The notes beneath the pieces were generated by a model. It saw only the letters and a program-made list of their open reading frames with translations. It was not told the origin of the DNA and searched no databases. From positions 6,510,001 to 6,574,000 of the forward strand of contig JAYWIR010000004.1 in assembly GCA_036172245.1 (NCBI GenBank): 64,000 nucleotides of DNA, read 5' to 3'. The stretch comes from Raillietiella orientalis. Its lineage: Eukaryota. The position numbers and the translations under genes were made by a program. Shown piece by piece: positions 25,612-38,694 of this stretch; the stretch's first letter is position 1, and every line of letters starts with the position of its first letter.

Positions 25612-28600
25612 GGGGACACGTTTCCCCGACGCGCATGCCGGCGAGCACAGCAGCCTCAGCTTCGGCTGCGGGGATTCGCCACTCCCCTCTGAGTGAGCAT
25701 TGGCAACCTGCCCTCCCCGAGGACCTGCGTCTCCCTTTTTCCTTTTCGGGAAACTCCCCTCGTGCCTGAGCCCTTGGGAGCAACCTCAGCACATGGAGAA
25801 AGCATCCCTCAGCCCGAATCAACACGCGTGCATCCTCCGGAAATGAAGCCGAGAGCCCCGGATCAGATGAGGCCGTTTTCCGTCGGAGAAGGGTTTCCAT
25901 GGCGATGGGTCAGGCGACCTCTAAGATCCGGGGCTCACGGGAAGTCTCCTAGAGCTTGCAGCGAAGTTTCCCGGCTTCGGATGCATGGGATTAAGGGCTT
26001 CTAGATCTCACCAGCATCTCCGTCCAACAAACAAAGGAAGGAGAAGGGAAAAAATCCTTCTGAAACGGAAACTGCATGCACCTGTCTCTTTGGGTACATT
26101 TTTTCATCTTTGCTCCTGATATTCCGCATCCCGAAACACGCGACCTTGGAGTTGCGAGGCTCTCGCCGTTGCGCGAAATTTTCCATCATTCTCAGGTCGG
26201 GAAGACGCTGCAATAGAGGAGGGGAGTTGGAACGCGCCTGGCCTCACCTCCGGGAGGGCTGCCGACGCGGTCCACAGTTGCCTCTCTTGGGGCTCAGGGG
26301 ACGTGCATTCCTTTTTTCTGACCTCTCAGGCAACACGTTTCCCTGCTCCTTGCAATGAGCCAAAGGGGAGGAGACTGGCCTGCGTCGAAAGGACTCGGAG
26401 TGCCTGAGGGAGTTCCCTCCGGGGGGCAGCACCAGCCAGCCGACGACAGGCAACAGGCGCGTGAGCGGATGGGTGAATCCTGCCCCATCCTGCGCGTTCA
26501 CGAGCCACGCGGTCGCCGCTTGCCCGCTTCCTACAGGCCGGAAAGGCAGACTAACGGCCGATGCGTCTCCGGAAGGAGTCTGTTCCTTCCAGGGAAGGGG
26601 AAGAGGAAGTCTTCTCTGCCGGTTGCTTTCGAATGCCCCTCTACTGGCGAAGGGAGGAGTAGCAGAGGAACAGGGTGAAGGACAGATCAGGGACAGGTGA
26701 AGGGCTCCAATAGCCTCTCTCTCTCCCACTTCCTCCCTATCCTCCTTTCAAAGCTCTTGGAAGCGCCTAGGGAGGGGCGCGTCCCTTCAGGACGAGGCGT
26801 CTTGAATGTTCTCGCCGCCGCCGCAAGGCAGACGTTGAGCTGCAGCTGCCTTCTAGCCATCGCCAGAAGAGAAGGAGGCCAAAGAGGGCAAAATGGACAG
26901 CAGGAGAAGGCGCCGCGAAGGCGCGAGGCATCCTGGAACACCTATTCTCTTCCATTACCCCCTCCCCCCATGACCCGCTCCTCTCCATGGCTATCAGCAC
27001 AGAAGCCTCTCTGACGTGGCCTCACTCGCACGCGCGCCCTCAGAGTGGAGGCGCAAGAGGAGGCGCGTGGCACTGCACTTCCATGAAAACCTCCCAACTG
27101 CACGGGACCGGGTCCCTCCTCGGTCCCCGAGGCACTGAGGAATCCTGGTGGGAGGATGTGTAATGGGGTCATGGCAGAGATGGGAAAAGGGGGACATTGC
27201 TCCTTCTTAGCTTCCCGACACCTCACAGACTCAGCAGCAGTTTCTTTCCTGGCCATTTCCGGGGAAGCTTTTGCGAGGAGGAACCGGCTCGGAAACCCCC
27301 GAGGTCGTGCATCCCAGAGGAGGGTGTTGACGGCGGAACAGGAGAGGAAAAGGGTACTTCAGAGCAGCGAGTAGGAGACTCCGCTTCGGAGAGTGCCCGT
27401 GGCGTTTCTCGCGGGAAGTGCACGCGAGAAGTCCTCCCTGGAGCTACTGTTCCCGGGATCTCTCTCTCCCGTTTCTGGGACCGGGGCTGGCAGACGAGCT
27501 CTCAGAGGACGCACCCGGGCACAGCATTACATCTCGGCGGATGACGGCAGAGGCGTCCCAGCCTTCGGACCTCTCCTTCGGGTTGCCCCGGTTATCTCTT
27601 CTGTCTTGTGGCAGAGTGCGGGAATCCGGGAGGGGTGGCCGAAACATGAAGGGACTTCAAATGAACGTCAGCGGCACCGGCAAAGGCGCCGAAGCCTGCT
27701 GGCTGGCCCATCTGCTGCCGACTCCTTCTGTGGGATCCCACGGGCCCACGGGGCAACCTCAGGGCGTCCTCAGAGTCTCCCCATGGGATCGGCATCTGGG
27801 AGCAGCCGCTGAGGTTTCTCCCTCAACCTGCAACCTGCCAGCCGGAGTGCCGAAGACACGGACCACTTCCTTGAAGGTCCCTCTTCCTTCCTTAGTGGGC
27901 TCTGGAAGCCACTCCAAGTCCCCCATACGACTTCTCCGCAAGGTCAGAGTCTCGATCCTGGAGGAAGGACTCTCCTTGGATCTCAGAAGGAAAGAGGTGG
28001 AGGCAGAGAATTGCCTTGGAAACGGGAATGCAGCCCTTCTCGGCTGCAGCTGCTGCATGCTCAGCAGTTTGTCTCCAGAGAGGACAGAAGCGTTTCTTCC
28101 GCCACGGATCAAGGAGTGAGGTTTCTGTACCACACTCTGACCTCCCCACCACCACCTTCGCTTCTCTTCCGTGAGCCAACGCAATCAGATGCCACCAACA
28201 CCGGCAACTGACCCAAGGAGTTTTGCGCAAGTCTTCGGCGTTGATGACACATTGAATGCTTCTGTCGGATGGTTTCAGATGGCGGCGAAGGTGCCTCCTT
28301 GCAGATTCAGGAGCGCTCTGGACATTTCCGGGGTGCCTGCTGCTGATCCACCCTGCCACAGAGCGAGCGCATGTGCAGCTGCACGGATCGATCTTGTGAC
28401 TCCCTTCCCATGAAAAAGGAACAGCGGATTCCGCAAGGCAAGGAGCAGTGGCAGCCACTCCGCGATGATTCTGGCAGGTCGCTCACCAAGACCAGGTCCT
28501 CCATGATCACTTGACGTGTGTCGACGCTAGGTTTCCTGAGAAGCAGCGACTCCTCGCGAGCACACCTTCCGAACAATCGTCCATGCCATGTGACCCCTCC

Positions 28601-29397
28601 AGCTTCCCCTGCACGAAGGCGCGGACGGCTGTCCCCGGAAGAGTGGCATCTCGCAAACGCAACTTTGAGAGAATGTTCTGTTCCGCCGGCGTTCCGGAGA
28701 GCGTCTGCTCACGGAATAAAGACCGCCGCAAAATGCAGCACTTCGGCCGTCGATGCTGGGAACGCCAGCTGTTAGCAGTCCGACACAAATCAAAGTGACA
28801 GTCCCACTTCGTCCCCCCGAAAAAGGAAGGCGTTCGGAGGAAACCCCTCGTGACGTGTCATCTGCGATGGCAGCCTCACCGTGCACAACTGTATCTTTGA
28901 GTCTGACACTTGCATTCAAAAGACACATTGCAACAGTGTCTCAAGTAACATCGGAGGTAGGAAAGTAATGGAGGTTCGGGGCGAGAAACGAGGTGGCCGT
29001 GTCAGCCTCAGTTCGTCGGGCGCAGTGCGCGCAGCCAGCGAGAGAGAGCAGCACCGTCTTGCATGAAACTGCCAAGTAGGAGTTTCATGCTGCTGGTAAG
29101 AATGTTCCAAATCGAAATGGCCACAGCGGTTTCCTCGAAGGTAAATTTCCCCAGCATGAGTGATACTTGTGCTTCACGGGTACATCTGGAACATGATCTC
29201 ACATTACACATCGTCACATCGTGTCTTCTTCTATTTATAATAAACACTGACTGACAAAACTGCGTCTACGGGCGTCCCGAAGGCATTTCATTCCAGCATC
29301 TCAACAGTCAGTTTGAGCAAATCATCTGCTCCCTTCTCCCGTGGATCGTATAACGAAGATTTGTCGTTAGCATTCCAGCCGTGATATTTTCGTAACA

Positions 29398-29480
29398 TAA
29401 CGTCAATGTAATATACAATACTAATATAATATATAACATATCTTATAATATATTATAATACGTGGTATACTTTTATGTAC
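29398..29480. other. AT-rich low-complexity patch near the GC-rich/AT-rich transition
   Basis: taatatacaatactaatataatatataacatatcttataatatattataata within much more GC-rich flanks. Confidence 0.7.
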
Positions 29481-32400
29481 CATGTGATATACGATTACGT
29501 CGCTTATGCCATTAATATACCTTAGGACATGTGTGCCTTATGTTTAGCACTTTCGTTTTACACTCTACGCTTGCTCTTTGCGGTGCGACTGTTAATTTCT
29601 CTCGATGCCTTTGTTCAACCACGGCCATCCATGGCATCAGTTTTCGGGAGTTGAGTGCCTATTCAAACAATGCGTAGCGGCGAATCTTTTCGTGCCTTTT
29701 ACAAGGAAAGAAGAGACGGCATTTTCAAGTCACTGCTTGCAGGGCTTTCGTTATGAGGAAGTCACCGTTTGAAGCACGTATCAAAGGATTCATCTCGCCC
29801 TGAGATCTCCACCCCACCTCCGCTTTGAGGCAAACAGCTTGAGGCATTTGCACTGATAAGTCGCAAAGATTCCAAGGAGGCCACAGAAATAGTGAGCGCT
29901 GACAAAGCAAGAGAGGGCTCGAAGTGTTGCTCAATCCTTCTGAAAGTCCCATATGAGCGCGAATTGCTTTGCGGAAGGCAGAAGTCTCGCTTCCTGTAAT
30001 GCACCGTCAACGCGAAATAATCAGCAAACAAACCATCTTTGCCTGCACTTCCTCAAGTAGTAGAACGGCAAATGTGAGCAAAAATGCTGCATCATGTGGA
30101 GAAGGAACGATCTGTCTTTTTCTTTGATCTGTCTTTTTTTGTGTGTGTTTTGAACCACCAGATTTCGATGTAAGATTAATATTGGAAACAAGGAGACTGA
30201 TTCCATCAAGAGGCAACTGGTGAAAGAGGGGAGCCGAGAACACGCCAGATTCACTGTTCTTTCAAACCAGACTTGACAAACATTCATAATATAATTTAAG
30301 ACTTGCAGATCCTTGTGACCTCCTGGATCTTTCTAGTCTGGAATCTGGACTTCCAGTAATCTCCGGCACTGGAAAAGGAATGCTTCCTCACAGACATAAA
30401 CACTTCTGTGTTCGTTCGTTAGGACTCGAAACTTAGTCTATGGAGCAGAATCTGTTCGTGTCTCGGACGAGCCATATCCTGTACATTACATGACTTAAAT
30501 AACAAAATAATGACCATCTTTCAAAAAGATACGCGTTCAAAACAAGTTGCTGCGTGCTGTTCGCTCATCACGACTGCAAATCTGTAAACATTAGCCAGAA
30601 TTTCGGCATGCAAATTAAGTTATGCTCGAAGTAAAAGAAAGAGTTCAACTGGAACCCTGCAATTTTTGATTTTACGGAGGGTTTCTTTGCTTCCCCAAAA
30701 GAAAGGCTTGGCTGCTCGTGAGAATTCGTGCCTTCACGCAGCAGAAACACAAATACGTCAGCAAGCAAAAAGCTAAGCAAAAGACGACCACGGTACTGCC
30801 TTTGTTGCACATCAGATCTCTCCTGTGCCTTCATAGAGCATCCCTCAAGTATGTCCAACGTAACTAAATGATGTACGACTTCATGCAGTTTTGGCAATTT
30901 TGAAGAACAGCAACGAATATCCACGGATCTTGTTGTCGCAAAAGAATAAAGTATTTTCTCAATTACCACCGAGCACTATTCCTAGCTGATGACAGCATTG
31001 ACAATTAAACCAAATGAACTGGTTGATGAACACAATTAAAGTTCAAGATCTGAAGGAAAATGGAAGCGAAGACTTTGCTCGAAAAATGGGAGCAGATATA
31101 AAAAGAAAGAGCTATCGGATGTGAGGAAATGTTACAGTCAACTGTCATGAAAGAACACAACTCCTGATCCTTGCGTCCATACTTCCTGCAGCACATCTTC
31201 ATACTCTCGAAGAGACTGCATAAAGGTCATTTCATCTCCAGTTTCTGTTTGCATCTCAGCAGCAAGTGCCGCTTCTGGCAAACAGGAAATTCGTGCAGCA
31301 CCCCTCACTTCATTCCTTTGTAAACTGGCCCTTGCGTACAACCCGAAGATAAAAATCGAGCGCTGTCAGCTTCGCGGGGATGAAACACACGTTCATCTTG
31401 ATGCCTGGAATCCAAAGGCTCGAGATAGGGCTGAATCGAAAGATAAGCAAATTGCGATTTTCTGTCCTGCCACGTAATCATGCAATTAGCCTCTTTGAGG
31501 TAGGATCGAAAAATTCTTTAACATCTCGGATTCGAGCTCAGTACCTCTTGGTGTGGAAGGCATTGAGGCATTTCCGACTCCCCCCTCCTTGGCGAGAAAA
31601 TTACAAAGGACCGGAAGCTGCTTGAAGAGCGAGTGGCGATCCAGCTGCAATTAATCGCTCATTATCTCGGGTGGAAAAAAGAAGAATGAGAAGTGGTTGA
31701 AAAGATGGAGACAATGTAGATGTCAGGGACGAATCGAAGGACCATTGTTGAGATGATAAGAATGAACAGAACAAGAGAAGCGGACCTGAAGACACCTGGA
31801 GTTATGTAATCATCGAACATAAGGAAGAGATGACCACCAACCGGAGATTTCGAAGAAAAATGTCTTCGAAATCTCTGGTTGATGAAAGAACTTGTTCGAG
31901 AAGTAACAGTCGTATGAGTCAAAGAGCACTGTTCTCTTACGAGAAACGCTGAATGTTTGCTAGAACCGGAACCGGAATGAAGATGAACGAGGATCAAAAG
32001 ATTCAGTCATGCGCGTGCAAATTAATTTCTCGTAGCTGACCTCTATCTGGATGAATAGAAGAAAGGAAGAACGACTCTGAAGCTGGATATCGTCAGAAGC
32101 GTTGGATAAGCTGTGGGAGAATCACCATCTCGGTGGTCACTCGCATTCAGCCAACCACGTTTCTGAAACGAACTCCCTCCTTCATTTCGGAAACGAGTTT
32201 TCTCTGAAAACGAAAAACCAGGCTGAAGGGGAGAGACGTGCCTGGACCAAGCTTGTAAAGGAAATCCACCTAACGCGAGATGCTTAGCAAAGTTGAGAAA
32301 ATCTCAAGATGAACTCGGATAATCTGTATATGATCGATAAGCTATGAACCTGGCATGTTAATATCTAGAATACTATCGAGAGAGACTACGCCCGAATCGC

Positions 32401-35400
32401 TTACTCCTACGAGTACCCTTGTAATGGTAGTGACTTTGTCACCTTTCACACATGGATGACCAGTTGGAGCTCTAACGCTTTTGAAGTACATCCGCTGCCC
32501 TATGCGTCAGATTAGAAAATAGAACCCGAACGTTTGACAGTTTTGTAAGATCCCTTTTTCTCTCTCTCTCTCTCACTTGAATAGTAGGGCTTGCGTTCGG
32601 CCTGAGAAAACTTCTGAGAGATGATGCTAAAATGACGTTACGAAACTTCGGAGAGGAATGCCTCCGATATACTGAGGTTCTTGATAAACTTTCTTGAAAT
32701 CAGAGATTCCATGTTAGTTTATGAGTCCCGAGAATCTCCACAGACGATCCTAGGTATGAGTGTATGTGGATATATAGGACGAAACTGTATGACACAAATG
32801 GAAAAAAACATAAGCTTTGAACACAAGCTTTCGAACAAGGGAAAAAACACACACGCACGCACGCACGCACAAAAAGGAAAGACTGTTTTGAATGCAAAAA
32901 ATCTTGAACATGAGATGATCAAATCAAAATCACCAACTTTCTAATTCTGAGTTAGAAGATAGCAACAAGAATCGTTGTTTTGTTGCATATCAAAAACCTG
33001 AAATATCGAAAGTCGGAGGACCCCAGTGTGAAAGATATAATCTCCGACTAAATCGCTTTCGTAAGTTATTCATGGGGGGTATCAAAAAAAGGATAGTAGT
33101 TGCAGACATCAATCCGAGAAGCATTCCAGCGTGACTTTTAGCGGATTAATGGAAGTGAATTAATTTGATGAGTTGTGATCCCGCATACAGCATACATTCT
33201 TTGGCATCTTAGGAATGGAAAATAGAAAATGCATCGAACTTCTGTTGATATCCAGCAAAATCAATACGCTCTAGCTTAGACATTTGAACTCTTGATTTAT
33301 GGACAGCAGCAGCATCAGTAACAAAGTAGAATTGATAACCCTGTTCGGTACAGCTTTGTTTAATTATCCATTGTAAACAAATAGAGCTACAGATCTCGTG
33401 AAACTTTCATTATAGATAGCACTCCAAACAGTTTACATAATTTAGAGGAGTACTGAAGTGAATAGCTTATTTTTGCTCCTTATGAGCCATTATGTTGCAC
33501 TTTTTTATAATAAAAAAAAAACCATGATCCTTCAAGTCCTCGACATGAAAAATAATTGCCCCGTTTATAAGTGCACATGCCAGAATAGCGAAATAGTGAT
33601 TTTTATGTAAATAGGCGTCTAGTTATACCAACATCCTCGTCGATTCGATTCCAGAATTGTTCATTAGCGCACAATTCCAGCTGAAGTTTCTGCATCAACG
33701 TAACTTACGTGATTGCAAAAAATCATCTTCGTCAGTAGTGAGACACTTCATGAAAGTTTTGAATTCGCCAGAAATGTGAACACATCGAGGCCTGATGATG
33801 ATCTTTGGATTCGTGCAAGCAAAGGCTTTTCATAATCAATGATGATATTAACGTTGGAATAGTTTGCAGATGACAGCTCCAGTGGCATACTCAGAAAGAA
33901 TGATGAGGCTCTTCATTAATAAATAAGCGTCTTCATCACCCATAGATCAATGTTCCACTACTTAAAAGTTCATAAGAACATGACAGTCATGGAAATTATG
34001 ATCAAAAAACAAAGTGCGCTCCCTGCAAGTAAACTACGAATACCTTGCGATGATCACAACTGCTCGTGTGGATAGCTCAATGACGATTGCTGCAAGGGAT
34101 GCTGTTGATTAGATTAAAGGCATCCCTGCTAGCAAAAACAGTGTTCCACCCTTTGAGCAAAAGCGCAGACAAATAAGAAGCCGGCTAAAGTCTATTTACC
34201 AATAACAACATATGAGTATTCGCAAACAGTGAATAGCCATAGTCTTACGTTAATGATCTGATGAAGCTTTGCAAAGGAGCGTTTATATTTTCTACACCTA
34301 TAAAGTGGAGCAACTACCTGAGATTTATGGGATTGTAATCTGAATCGAATGGTCAGAAGACAAAATGCTTTCTGCAACATTGGTCTGCTGGATCCGTTTC
34401 CTATCGTTAAACAGAATTTTTGATTTGATGAAGAGATTCAATCAACATCCAACTCAAATCAGGCAGTAAGCTGACAGTTTTCATTTTTCAGCTTGCTAAC
34501 TAATCGTTTCTGGATGTTCATTTCTATTACTGAAGGCAAACCGAATTGCATGTTAATCAAAAATACTTGTATATTTTGAATTGTCATCATATCTTAGAAC
34601 TTCCTTAGCTCTCATAAGAACTCATTAGCATACAACTTCAAAATTCAGGGAGTCTTCAAAATTCTTCGTTCATCAGAACTTCTTTCTCAAATCATCTCTT
34701 CAATAAATAGTGAACATTAAACATTTGAAACAGAGGGAGCATTATCAAGGAAATTCTTAATAATTTTGTTTGGCATCTCAGCAGCACCGTTGTGTTGACT
34801 CGGTTACTTATCGAACACCGAAGAGGTTCATTTGTACTTAGAGGTAAGATGCCTTTCTGGTAGCAGCATTTGACCGTTCGGGTAAATATTCACATTTTTA
34901 ACAAAATCGTCGTTTCCACCAAGAAAGTATCAGACACATATTTGATTTCCTTCGGCAGTGTGTTGGATTTTCAGACATCGGAGAGATTGTTTCGTCGAGA
35001 ATCCTATTCATGACTTAGGTTGTAATAACTTTGTACAGTATGTTTAGTTTGAATTAACTTGACAACGGTTCGTGCATGTCAGTTCACTATGAATTCTAAA
35101 GGTTCAAAGGTTTATTGCTGCGTGTTATAACTGATTGTGGTGGAGTAGCTAGAAAAATATGCTTCATATTCGTGATTCGTTCAGGAGTTACTGCTGAAAA
35201 AAGCAAAATTATGTTTACTGGGCCAAGGCAAAAAATTAAAGCATCGTCCAAATTAAGGTTAAACAAGGAGAATAGCGAGGATATGTAATGATCAGACCGT
35301 GCTTAGAATGAAATAAGTAGTAGATATGCACTAAATAAGTACCCTTGTGACATTAGTTTGTCAGAATGTATATCATGATGCTCAAGGTCGGTAGGATCAT

Positions 35401-37468
35401 ATCAGCAATTTTTTTTTTCCCCTATCTTTCTTCTCTTTCCTGATGCAGTTGTGTTCTTTTTTCGATTTTTGTTTTGATGATGACTGTCTCCAGCCTTTAA
35501 TTTTCCTTGAACTATATTTTGCATCTACAGATTGTGATGCATCTTATCTGTAAGCTTGGTACGCTGGCTGTTTCCACGTTAGCAGTTTCCTCCTCCCCCT
35601 TTTTTTTATTAGCAACCGATCCCATAACTAGCATGTGGTTGAATAAGGGAAATTCACAACCAAACTGGGAGTTCTTATCTACTATTTTCACAACCAAGAG
35701 GGAAGTTTAACGACAAACTGGTAGCTAGAAAAAAAGATGAATGAAAAACTGTAAGCAAATGCTTACGTTTTCTCATTCGTCTTTAGGGAATCGATCTTCG
35801 GATCATAATAAGATTGCAATCGTCATAAATTCCAGCCGCTAGATCGGTTAGTTCCTTGAAAAATCTTCAAATCTAGACGTTATTTACGAAAATTTCTGGT
35901 TGAGAAATGTATTTAAGCTAAAGTATTAAAGTTCCCATGTATTTATTGCTTGGGAATAAAAGACTAATTAGTAGGGGAAACCCTTTCATTATTTGAAAAG
36001 TTATCGCCCATGTGTCAATAAAGAAAGAACATTTTGAAGATGTCCGAATTAAAATGAGTGTGGCAGCCCACTAATCTTTAAATTTTCAGAAATTTTTCCT
36101 TGAACGGCCTTGGGTATCACTATCAATGACCCCGTACGGGCATAAGTTTTAGCACTTTATTCCTGGAACATCTGTTTTTCGTTTCGAATGCAACATCAAA
36201 ACTCGACAGCTTATTCCTGTGGTTATCCTGAAGAACAAAGAAAATCTCCAAGTTCATAATAATATGCAAGAACGGAGTCATTACCCCATGGATTTCTATA
36301 GGATATTTTTGCTTCTGATTTTAATATGTGTTTAATATATAACACAGCTTTACAAATTGCTCGAAAATTGAAATACTATCCAAGATTGTAGAACAGAGAC
36401 ACAGTAGCGGCATAGAACCAAGCGAGGTTCATCTTTGCTTGATTCTATGCCTTTTTTCTAAATCCAATAAACCCACCAGAAATAATAGTGTTAAGGTTGG
36501 TAATGTTAAAAATACATGAATTATTTCGGTATAAGTAGCAAAATTACTCTGTGAGAAAATTAAATGTATGAATCAGAAAAGTACTTGAATACTCTGAGAT
36601 AAATGCTCCGTGATATCATATTGAAAATCATATAAAGACTATCTGAATGCCAAAGATTTCTTGGATGAGAAGAACCAAATGACTTAGAATATTCAGATGA
36701 CTCGAAAACTGCTCAGATCTTCAAGTACTACTCAAACTTTGCATGTTGCACAGCTTTAATGTACTGAGAGACTATTTCAGGTTTTACTTTGGCAAAAAAA
36801 CATGAGGAAACTGCAATGTTGTTTTTCTCAAAATATACGAACTGCAAATGTACAAAAAGAAAACTTTTTGAACAAAGTGGATTCGCACTTTATTCAATAT
36901 TTCCTGATTATGTTGTTTCGATTAGCTTCGATTAGCTCTTGCAAATTTCAAACTTCGGATTTTGTAAGTACAACTAGGATTTTCAAATGCATACTTTTTA
37001 TGAAAGTATATTTATATGTAGGCCACAATAGCATTGTTTATCTAAACAGCCATTTTAAGCTGCAAACTTAGTTTGCTTATTATCACACAATTGATTGGTA
37101 GGAGACGAAAAATCTCATAAAATCATGCAAAAGCAATTTTTTGAATAAAATAATGAACAAAATCAGAAACAATTAAATCTTAGGGAGACACACCTTATTT
37201 TTATGATTGCACAAAAGTGGCCTGCAAGATCTGGATTGCATGTAATATATGCTAGCATTCGAAGTGATGAGGTTTTCAGCTTTCGAGATGTCATATTGCG
37301 AAAAAAATTCCTTTGAACATTTTACATTTTCTTATTTCTTAACCAAAGATACATCTATAAAAAAAAATTACATTCAGGGATTCACAACTTCAAGAACCTA
37401 CATCCCTCAGACAAGTTTCTGTGGATTAGATCTTAGATCGGAAAATGCCAAATGTCTGTTACCTTTTA

Positions 37469-37975
37469 TCATAGATTCGGAGTTTGTGACTTAGATTCAT
37501 TACAGGAATGCGTCGCCACACATATAAGCGGAACCAAACAAGCAGCTGTAAACTGCAGTATTCTGATCAAGGGGAGGATGTATTCTTGAGGTAAACCTTT
37601 ATAAAAGTAAAGGAGCGTTGGTGGACATGGAGTAAATAGATATGCAGCATAAAACAACCTGCTAATTCCAAGGAACATTCTAATGTTTCCCTAAACTCAT
37701 TAGGAGAAATAATGGAGGAAATATCACTGAGCAAAACAATATTGCTGATTTCTGCTGAGAACACTTGTTTTGGATACATACAATGGACAAATGCCGAATG
37801 TTAGAGCACACTGTATTATCCATTTATTTGCATTAATAATTTTTCTGTTTTCATAATTCTCGGAAAATTTTCTGTGGTATAAATGAATTGTAATTATTAA
37901 AGGTATCGTATACATTCATATTAATATGGACATTTGTTTAGAATATCCGATTAGAACCAAACAGCTGAGATCCAT
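37469..37975 (-). pseudogene. class A (rhodopsin-like) GPCR-like remnant, ECL2-TM5-TM6-TM7
   Basis: DLSCLVLIGYSKQMSILI*MYTIPLIITIHLYHR (TM5-like, in-frame TGA at 37918-37916), KWIIQCALTFGICP (TM6-like, lacking the W of CWxP), ILQFTAACLVPLIC (TM7-like, cf. NSCxNPxxY). GT-AG introns at 37781-37727 and 37658-37597 keep the frame. Motif resemblance judged by eye. Confidence 0.4.
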
Positions 37976-38338
37976 TATTTACTTCTAATTATGCTTGATT
38001 TCTTTCGGAACTAGACATTTGGTTTTGAGAAAATCATATTATGACTGTGAGACAATCTGTAATTATCTCAAGTTTATTATTATTTTTAATTACTTGCAGG
38101 ATTTAACAAAAAAAAACATTTTGAATCTGGCAATCTTGCTCAGATGTTGATTTTTCACTTCAGCAAAAAGCAAGCATTGTCGTTGCGTGCCTTCATGTTT
38201 TTCGTAAGGTTACTCTGTAGTTTCATTAAAATCCTGTTTCTCCATAGTTTTTCCCTGTCTCTAGTGGATACCAATACTAAATTGTACTTTGTGATTTAAG
38301 GTGTCTTAATTGCATATTTGTTACTGTCAATTTGTGAA

Positions 38339-38638
38339 ATGGGCAAATACTTTGGTGAATTAGCCAAAATAAGAAACATAGTATACTATAGGTTGTCACC
38401 ATATGAGCTGAAACCGTGGAAAGGGGTGTTTACCCATGAAATCCCAGCACTGTTTAGAGAATATGGAGAGATATTCAAGTATTTTGGACCTAGTATGTGT
38501 GTGTTGTGTTGGAATTTTTGTAAGTTTATAAATTTTTTGTTAGGTTTTCTAGGTACATACTTAATAATTCAGTGGGCAAAGTCGGAGCAAGAAAAAGAGA
38601 CAAGGAAGAATCCGAAAGACTTTGAAAATGATGAGTAA
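38339..38638 (+). CDS. UQCRQ: cytochrome b-c1 complex subunit 8 (ubiquinone-binding protein QP-C), 82 aa; exons 38339-38492, 38544-38638
   Basis: MGKYFGELAKIRNIVYYRLSPYELK...WAKSEQEKETRKNPKDFENDE matches the QCR8 pattern (FG.L...Y.LSP.E, RKNP.D.ENDE); one 51-nt GT-AG intron. Confidence 0.93.
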   Translation: MGKYFGELAKIRNIVYYRLSPYELKPWKGVFTHEIPALFREYGEIFKYFGPSMCVLCWNFCKFINFLLGFLGTYLIIQWAKSEQEKETRKNPKDFENDE

Positions 38639-38688
38639 TTCATGTTTGCTAGTGTGTTGTGCTGAATGCATTAGATAATTATACTGTC

Positions 38689-38694
38689 AATAAA
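38689..38694 (+). promoter_or_regulatory. probable polyadenylation signal of UQCRQ
   Basis: AATAAA 50 nt after the stop codon. Confidence 0.6.

Noticed and set aside
459..29254. Many overlapping 100-314 aa ORFs in the GC-rich half
   Set aside because: Arg/Pro/Ser/Gly-rich, overlapping on both strands, no recognisable domain; expected from stop-codon scarcity at high GC
33990..34110. Cys-rich knottin-like peptide (KCAPC...DDCCKGCC)
   Set aside because: The two parts are not in the same frame across the candidate intron and there is no signal peptide
38318..38338. TTG-initiated N-terminal extension of UQCRQ in the ORF track
   Set aside because: ATG at 38339 gives the family-typical 82-aa protein
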